From Leucoraja ocellata (lineage: Eukaryota), in NCBI GenBank assembly GCA_036785375.1, contig JAWMAR010000780.1:496001-560000 (forward strand): DNA of 64,000 nucleotides. The letters run 5' to 3'. Numbering within the stretch: position 1 is the first letter of the stretch; the number at the start of each line of letters is the position of its first letter. Made by a program: the position numbers and the translations under genes. Under the pieces are notes generated by a model. That model was given only the letters and a program-made list of their open reading frames with translations. It did not search any database and was not told the DNA's origin. Shown here one piece after another: positions 46,584-64,000 of this stretch.

Positions 46584-49114
46584 CTGAGTTCAGCAGCGAC
46601 GAGACTCCGGTCACGTCCACAGCAGAGACAGATGGTGGAACGACTGGGGCGGGGCAAGGCCGCGAGGGCTAAGGTGCAGGTGGAGGAAGTCATAGTCATA
46701 TTTCCACAGCTGTGTTAGTTTTCCAGCATTTGGCCCCTGGCCCAGGAACTTATCACTCAGATCCCCTCTACATCAATACTTTATTTTAAACAAATATTAT
46801 CTATAGCTACTATGGGAAATATAGGTTATTGCAGAATACCATATCTATATTCATCATAATTTCATACACTTTTAATATGTCCCCTCTTAAGCCACTCCAT
46901 TTTAGGGAAAACAGACCCAGCTTCAAATTAAGGGAAGTGGTGATGGAAAAGGTGTACGGGAGAGGAGAGGCGAAGGAAAGGTTATGGGGTACGAGAAGCT
47001 GGGGAGTATTGGAATGAGATGCTAAGAGGGAGGGATACGCAGGGAGGAGTATGTGAACTTTGTGGGATGTAGAGAAGGGGTGTGCATAATGGTAGGGGAC
47101 AAAGTTGCAGGAAGGGAAGGGATTGTGGAGGAGACATGGAATGGAGATGGAAAGAGGGGAAGTGGTGTGGTGGAAAAGAGGTGGGAAGGAATTGTGGGGA
47201 GAGGAAGGGTGTGTGCAGGGGGTATGGAGAGGGGAGGGTGCTTTGGTGAGCTGAAACCCAAGCCATGATTGTGAGGATCACAGTAATGGGTTTTGGTTGT
47301 CTAACATGGTAAAGTCAATCCAATCCCTTCAGGGTCTGATTCATGTTAAATTCGGTGTTGTATTGTGTTCTTTTTACCCGTACGGCTGTATGGCAACTCA
47401 AATCTCACTGCACCAATTGGTGCATGTGGCAATAAATGTAACCGGAACTAGATTGCAGTTATTGCTCAGATATAGGTGCACCATCAGAATCATTCTTGTA
47501 ATTTGCCCGAGCCCTCCATCATCATCCTTGAGGTGTCCCATGTCCCATGGCGGCAGATCAGTGTGATATAGGTGCAAGGGCCTCAACATTGCCTCCGGGT
47601 CCCCGGTCTCATGACATCATGAGAAACATAACAAAGGAAACCTTCTAGTTACCACCCACCATTCATCATTCCCTCTCAATTGCTTAATGAGGACTCCTCC
47701 ATGTTGAACAACAAGATTTAGCTCTTAGGGCGAAGTGAATGAAGAGATATGGGGGGAACAGGGTACTGATTTTGGATGATTAGCCATGATCATATTGAAT
47801 GGTGATGCTGGCACAAAGGGCCGAATGGCCTACTCCTGCATCTACTTTCTATGTTTCTAAAGCAGTACTGAAACTAGCAAAAGTACAGAATGTTGAACCT
47901 CTAGGGACTGTCCACCCCCAGCAGGATTTTGTAGCACCATCCCAGACTAAACTGGCAGAAGCATGAAGGACGGAGTAGTCAGAATGAGTCGATAGCAGAT
48001 GGTGATGATCCAACCTAGCTTTGTCCAATCCTGTCTATCTGTAGTAAATACATCTGTCCATGCCCACACTGACAGCTTCAACTGACAGACAGGGAGATTT
48101 CACAAATTTTACAATATTTATTTTACTAACTCCAGAAGGGCAATGAAAGTGGTTGGAGTGTTGGATTTAGGTTGAGTGTCCTGCAAGGATTCTGGTGCCA
48201 GTTTGAACCATTGCTAGCATTATGTACAAGACCAGTGTCCTGGACGTTTAAGGAACAGCAATGGAGACATCTCAGGACTTGTATTTTGGAAGATTTGCAG
48301 AGCAATACAAGTGGGTCCTACCAGAGCTCTCTACATTTAGATATCAGAATATTTTTGTGTTACCTTTCACCTCCACCCTCAATGACCTCCATCGGTTACC
48401 TTCCCTCGGTACATCAACTGAATTTACTAAATTTCACCTCTTTTTCTGCTTCTTTGTCCAGTTTGGGTTGAATTTGTTCCGTTAAACGTTCCTGCCTTCC
48501 TCTTTCTGGTAGCCGAGGGTACAGCCCAGCTGCTCTTTCCCTCATTCTTATCAGAGACTCCATCTCTCTCTACACCTTCCTCAAAGTCACAAGCAACTTG
48601 CATTTATCATCCATCCCAAATCTTTTTCAAGCTTACTTTTCCAGCACATTGCTCTGCAGATTACATCTCATGTACCATTGTGGCATCCACACTAAGGTAA
48701 ACATAAACTCTTTTTGCAGAGCATGCTAATGCAATGCTTCAAGGTCTTCTTTTGTATACTTCACCCTCCATCCATCATGCCTCACACGTGCCCAGTAGAA
48801 CAGCCGTGGAAAAGCCCAAGATTCTGAGACTCTCAATGTAGACCTCTTCGTTCGAAACTCACCATTCTTTCTCACTTAAATTGTTACAACAAATTCCATC
48901 ACAATTACAACTGCATTCTTTAGATATTTAATATTTTTTTACAATTCTATTTTCTACTTTATAAAGTCACACTTACAGATTGAAGTATAAAAAATACTTC
49001 TACATTTATTCAAAATAAAACACAATAAATCTTTAAGCAGTTGTGATTCATTTGTCCATGGCTGAACCAGTGATTTGGCAAAAGGTCAAAGGTTACATAC
49101 TCTGGAATCAATGG

Positions 49115-59200
<10,086 letters not shown>

Positions 59201-59263
59201 GGGGCCGTTACCTGGGTGATCGACTAGTTTCCGCCGGAAGCCTTCCCAGTTTCCGGTCGGACG
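59201..59263. promoter_or_regulatory. Compact bidirectional promoter core between AFG2B and ARPIN
   Basis: 63 bp between divergent ATGs inside a CpG island; oppositely oriented ETS/GABP-like CCGGAA sites at 59234-59240 (+) and 59251-59256 (-). Confidence 0.7.
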
Positions 59264-59370
59264 ATGAGCCGCATCTACAGCGACGAGCGGCTGTGGGTCG
59301 GCCCGGTACATCGACACCGCCTCCCCGGCTGCTGGACCCCGGCCACCGCCACCGCTACACGGACACCATG
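59264..59370 (+). CDS. ARPIN: ARPIN exon 1
   Basis: acgATGA; MSRIY...; phase-2 donor tg|gtgagg. Confidence 0.88.
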
Positions 59371-62300
59371 GTGAGGCTCGGGGGCGGGGGGATCTGGGGG
59401 CTGAGCGCTGCCCGCCACATACGGCCGCAGGCGGAAGATAGGACAAAAGATGGACACAAAATGGGGAACAGGGGAACAGGCAGCACCTCTGGATATTCAA
59501 GATTCTAGAGAGTTTATTGTCATGTGTCCTAGATAGGACAATGAAATTCTTACTTAGCTTCAGCACAGAATATAGTAAGCATGAATACAGAACTGAAACT
59601 TGATCAGTCTGAAGAAGGGTTTCGGCCCGAAACGTTGCCTATTTCCTTCGCTCCATAGATGCTGCCTCACCCACTGAGTTTCTCCAGCCTCTTTGCCTAC
59701 CTTCCGATTTTCCCGCATCTGCAGTTCCTTCTTGAACATGATCAGTGTGTCCATATACCATTATATAAATATATACACACATGAATAAATAAACAGATAA
59801 AGTGCAAATAAACAGATAATGGTCTATTAATGTTCAGAGTTTTGTTTCATTTGAGTTTAATAGCCTGATGGCTGTGGGGAAGTAGCTATTCCTGAACCTG
59901 GACGTTCAGAGAAGGAATAGTTTGTGTTTCGGGTCGATAACGAATCTTCAGTTCCTTTTCATAACCTATTCCTTTTCTCCCGAGATGCTGCCTGTCTCGC
60001 TGAGTTACTCCAACATTTTGTGTCTGAGGTGTAAACTAGCATCTTCAGTTCCTTGTTACACAGAAGACAGGAATGCCCGGTGAACTTTGTCAGTGCCAGA
60101 AACGTGCCGACTCTTGTGATTTTACCGCGTTCTATGCAAAACAAATCATTTCATTGTACCTAGGCACATGTGACAACGAAGTATCATTGAGCCACATTGA
60201 CTCGGTATTTGTTTACAGTGGTCCTGGTGCGGTGCTGGAAGGGGAACTACTGCTGGTGACCCGGCATCAGATCGAGGACGAGACCGACAGTAAGGTGAGC
60301 GGGTGTGTCGGTAATTGGATGGGGACAGCTTTGGGGTAGCGGTGTGATAATGTCGGGGGATTATGGGGACGTTGCATGCAGTCGAGGTCACGACCCATGA
60401 CCCGTACTATTGCCATGCAACGCCAGCTGGAGGGCACGCGGTGAACTGCAGGTAAGCATTTACCAAAGCTCTAGTATCTTTGGCATTTACTGTGGCTGTC
60501 AGCACAGCCGGCCCTTCTTCTAGCCCAGCATCCGGACTGGTTGCACTGGAGGAGGAGGGGGTCGGGGCGAAGAGGTCGGGGTGCCGATGCAGCGCGGTGA
60601 GTGACTCTGGGTGGGCGGAGGAAGCAGACCACCCCCAACTCTGCTGCAGCTGACGTTGCCTGGAGCCGCGGCCCCGGCCCCTCAACCCACAGTCCCGTGA
60701 CAGTGCGGCGCACAGAGGGAGACGGGGTGGAGGGCAGCAGTGGCCGGACAGCGCTGGCCCGGGTGGGAGAGTCCGAAAAATGCAAATGTAATTACCATAA
60801 TTCAAAATTGTTTAAGTGTTTATATTAATACCTAAGTAATCAAATATGTATTACCATACCATGTTGATTTTTTTGCATCTTTTTCAGTACCGTTACTTCA
60901 TTCTGTATATTAAGCCAACGAAAATCCACAAAAGAAAGTTTGATTCTGATGGAGTGGAGATTGAACCAAACTTCAGTGAAACCAAGAAAGTCAATACTGG
61001 ATACTTAATGTCATCCTTCAGTGAGTACAGAGAGTTAGGTTGCAATTGAGCCACTATCTCATTAAATGGGGTCCATCTCGGGGGGCAAATACCCTTCTTA
61101 TACTGAGTATCAGACTTAATGATTCTTTGGGAGAGGTCCCCATTTCCCAATAAATGTCAGTGATTTTCATGTCTCTCATTTCATGTCCTCTTAGCCTTGC
61201 TATATTTCCATATCTCTTTGCAAATTTGAGTCTAAACAGGCTCAATGAGCCATTTCATTCTCCTTACTTGTTTTCCCTGTAATCTATTTTCTCCACATTC
61301 CCAAGAATTCCCAGCAGATTCTACCACTTACCAATATACTTGGAACCAGTTAAAGGATTATTTAACCTGCGTGTTTTTGGGACGTGAGAGCACAGGAGGA
61401 AATCCACGTGGTCACAGGCAGATGATGCAAACTAGCACTGAAAGCACCAGAGATGCAGATTGAACTTGGGTTGCTGAAGCTGTGAGGCAGCAGCTCTGCC
61501 AAATGCACCAAGAAGAACTGCATTGCATTTTCCCACTGTTTCCATCTCTAATTCTATATTCCTCGCCACTTCTCCAAAAGTGAGATTGGCTTCCCTGAAT
61601 CCTAGATGTCCAATACACCAGCTTTTATATTGTGCTGCATAGTTCTGACACCTTTAAACCTGATTTCACTATCAATGAATGAAAATGGGAAATATTGGAA
61701 ATGTTGTGGCGGCACCTGGTGGCTAGCACAGGCATAGCGAACCCTCGGGTCAGGAGGGAGGGGTTGAGTGTCTCAGAATGGGAGGCATAGGGTCACGGGG
61801 CCTGGCCCTGGGTCTTTAATGTCGGGTAACGCCCGTGCACGTTCTTGGAGTAGGGAGCAGCACTGTAGTAGTAATAAATACGTTCGATCACACAATTTTG
61901 TGTTTCCGACTAATTCTTGGCTGGACTCCTCGCTACTATGTGACGGTTTGGTGGCCTCTAATGAAGAGCTGAATCCAGCTAGTTTTAAAACCACATTTTT
62001 AGCATGCTTGGCTTGCAAATATACCCATTGTCTGTAACAGTACCTTTCTCCATCCTCTCAGATGGCCCCACCACCACGTGCCATTCAAGATCTCTTTGTT
62101 GCTACCCTAAAACAGGCCTTTCTGCCTCTCTACGCTGTCCTCACATTAGCTCACATTTTTCATTGTTCGCTGTTATGATGTTATTTACCAGATTTTTCTA
62201 TTTACCTGAGAATCCTATTATATCCACATGATCCTGACCTGCTGATGTTTTTATTTCATGTGATAGTTGGGATTGGAGGAGTTCAAACCTAAGAGGTCCG

Positions 62301-63920
62301 GAATGGGCAGATTAGTGAACAATCGGTTCCATTGAGCACTTGGAGTTTCAAGGCATCTGATGAGGCATTAGATATAACAATTGTAGTTATAGAGGATTGG
62401 TTAGAGGACAGAAAACCAACAATTATTATTTCCGGGTTGGCAGGCTATTACTTGTGATGCCGCAGTGACGGGGTTCCAACCTCTCAGCTTTTCCTAGTTT
62501 ATATTATTGACTGATGAGATATCAATATAACATCCAAGGCAAGGTGGGAAAATGAGCTGTGAGGATACAACAAGTCTGTGAAGGATCTGGACAGGTCAGG
62601 TGAGTGGGCAAGAGGTTGGCAGATATACTTAATCTGATATTATAAACTTTAACGGAAAGTGGGATTTTTAAATGAAGAGGAACTAAGTTCAGGAAGTCCG
62701 CAGATTACGACAGAGTTCAGTTCCTGAGATCTGTTTGTAAGTTGTAAATGAACAGACACAGATGTGCAAGGAGAGTGAGTAGCTACCAGCCAGCCTCACT
62801 GACTCAATGAGTCATATGAGTTTATTCAGCATTCCCAGTGCTGCTCGACTCAGTGGGGATGTGTGGGGGTGAAGGCGCATGTAAATGCCCTATTCCCAAC
62901 CGGCAGAAGATACCTGTAGTTCTGCAGCAGCCAGCAAGCCCGGCCCACTGGTCTCCAAAAACTCACTTGTATGTATGGGTTGTCCACAATCCCGGTGTTT
63001 GTTGTAAAGCTGGGGAGGACCTGGATACATTGGTGTACAGAGCGTACTGGTTCATCAGAAACTGTCAAAAACAAATTTGCGCCAATTATGGGATATGAGC
63101 ATTGCTGGCAAGATCAGCACTTACCCTCCTTGAGTATCGTGCATCTCTATACCTAATGGTGGATGTTCTTGCTTAGGAATTAATAGATATACCAGAAGAG
63201 GAGATTTAGTTGGAAGAGATGGTCTGGCCTAACTTGATAGGGTAGATGTTGGGATTTGTTCTCTAGTTGGAAAATTACAAACAAGAGGACACCGCTACAA
63301 AATAAGTGGGTGGACATTTAAAGCTAGGAAGTGTAGAAATGTTTTCTCCCAGAAGGTGGTGAATCTCTGGAACTCTCAGGTGGTGAAGGCTGGGTCATTA
63401 TGTATATTTAATGTGGAAGATATTTATATGTAGAGATATAATTGAAAGATCATGGAAGTGCAGATTATGTGGAACTGGTGCATATATCAGCAATGATAGT
63501 GAAGGCAAGGGCAGATTTGAGGAGGCAAGTGGCTTATTCCTGCTATTTGCTTGTGAAATCTACTGCTCCCAATTCTCTGGTTGTTAAGTGGTAAGAGAAT
63601 GGTTGTAAACTTGGTGAGGTTAAGGGGTCCATAGAGGGCAGTTACCTGAAGCAAAATATTGAGACTAATTTGGCCTTTGTTTTCACTTTCCCCTTTGTTA
63701 CACCATGTGATAGAGGTGGAAGCTAAAGGACAGTCGGATAAGATTTCGACAGAAGAGTTGAAGAAGTTGATTTACAAATCAGAGCTGGTGCAGATCTCCG
63801 AGAAACACACCCCAGACCAAAGCTTTGCATTTTGGATCACTGAAGAAGAGATGGGAAACATTGAGCTGGACGTCGGAGATGCGTTGCGTCTGAAAACACA
63901 GGGCGACAGCCCATTTATCC
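59264..63920 (+). CDS. ARPIN: Arpin (Arp2/3 complex inhibitor), 5' part; exons 59264-59370, 60219-60294, 60888-61020, 63714-63920; continues beyond the window
   Basis: Joined product is MSRIYSDERLW..RLPGCWTP / GPGAVLEGELLLVTRHQIED..K / YRYFILYIKPTKIHKRKFDSDGVEIEPNFSETKKVNTGYLMSSF / KVEAKG..FAFWITEEEM..LRLKTQGDSPFI. This matches recalled vertebrate Arpin (MSRIY, EIEPNFS.T.KVNTG.LMSS, RLKT.GD.PF). Intron phases are consistent and GT-AG. Confidence 0.93.
59604..59735 (+). mobile_element. Penelope-derived repeat with the best-preserved hammerhead-like core
   Basis: CTGAAGA-A-GGGT(TTCG)GCCC-GAAACGTT at 59609-59636. Confidence 0.65.
60219..60294 (+). CDS. ARPIN: ARPIN exon 2
   Basis: tacag|..GAVLEGEL..DSK|gtgagc. 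Confidence 0.92.
60888..61020 (+). CDS. ARPIN: ARPIN exon 3
   Basis: ttcag|YRYFILYIKP..VNTGYLMSSF|gtgagt. Confidence 0.95.
61340..61510 (-). mobile_element. Degenerate V-SINE
   Basis: Similar to the 3318-3506 copy (ggaaatccacg.ggtcacagg..gcaaact..gaggcagcagctct). Confidence 0.55.
62290..63550 (+). mobile_element. Old CR1 fragments in ARPIN intron 3
   Basis: ggatctggacaggt..gtgagtgggca; ggtggtgaatctctggaactct. Confidence 0.55.
63714..63920 (+). CDS. ARPIN: ARPIN exon 4
   Basis: atag|VEAKG..LKTQGDSPFI|gtaagt. Confidence 0.94.
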
Positions 63921-64000
63921 GTAAGTACTGCGCTGTGGAATTGGCTGGTTTTGGATCTGAAAGGTAAAATTGGAAATTCTTCAGAACTTCTCACTGTCTC

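Noticed and set aside
59201-59566. N-terminal 122 aa of the 505-aa ORF 58049-59566
   Set aside because: Similarity to AFG2B starts at MEGPEL (59200). The upstream part is the antisense of ARPIN exon 1 plus a repeat tail, probably open by chance in GC-rich DNA.
63659-63967. GATM expected by mammalian synteny
   Set aside because: The translation matches Arpin exon 4; no GATM-like sequence is seen in the window.

Overview
Vertebrate genomic DNA, most likely a cartilaginous fish (skate/ray-like, inferred from CR1 LINEs, HE1/V-SINEs and Penelope-derived repeats). I reconstructed five spliced genes by hand from splice sites and reading frame. In order: BLOC1S6/pallidin (-, 5 coding exons, 164 aa), SLC30A4/ZnT4 (+, 7 coding exons, 441 aa), C15orf48/NMES1/COXFA4L3 (-, 4 coding exons, 85 aa), AFG2B/SPATA5L1 (-, 8 exons, 760 aa) and ARPIN (+, first 4 exons; the gene runs off the window). 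Introns and intergenic DNA are full of CR1, Rex1/Babar, RTE, SINE and Penelope-related fragments. The best leads: (1) a dense 2x NF-kB + ISRE + GAS motif cluster in the last AFG2B intron, about 3 kb upstream of the inflammation-induced C15orf48; (2) an AFG2B D1 ATPase domain with natural Walker-B E>Q and sensor-1 N>D substitutions; (3) AFG2B and ARPIN start codons only 63 bp apart, with ARPIN where GATM lies in mammals; (4) dispersed palindromic repeats carrying minimal hammerhead-ribozyme cores; (5) a GC-AG intron in AFG2B; (6) no intact miR-147 in the C15orf48 3'UTR. Homology calls come from remembered protein sequences, not database searches, and repeat boundaries are approximate.
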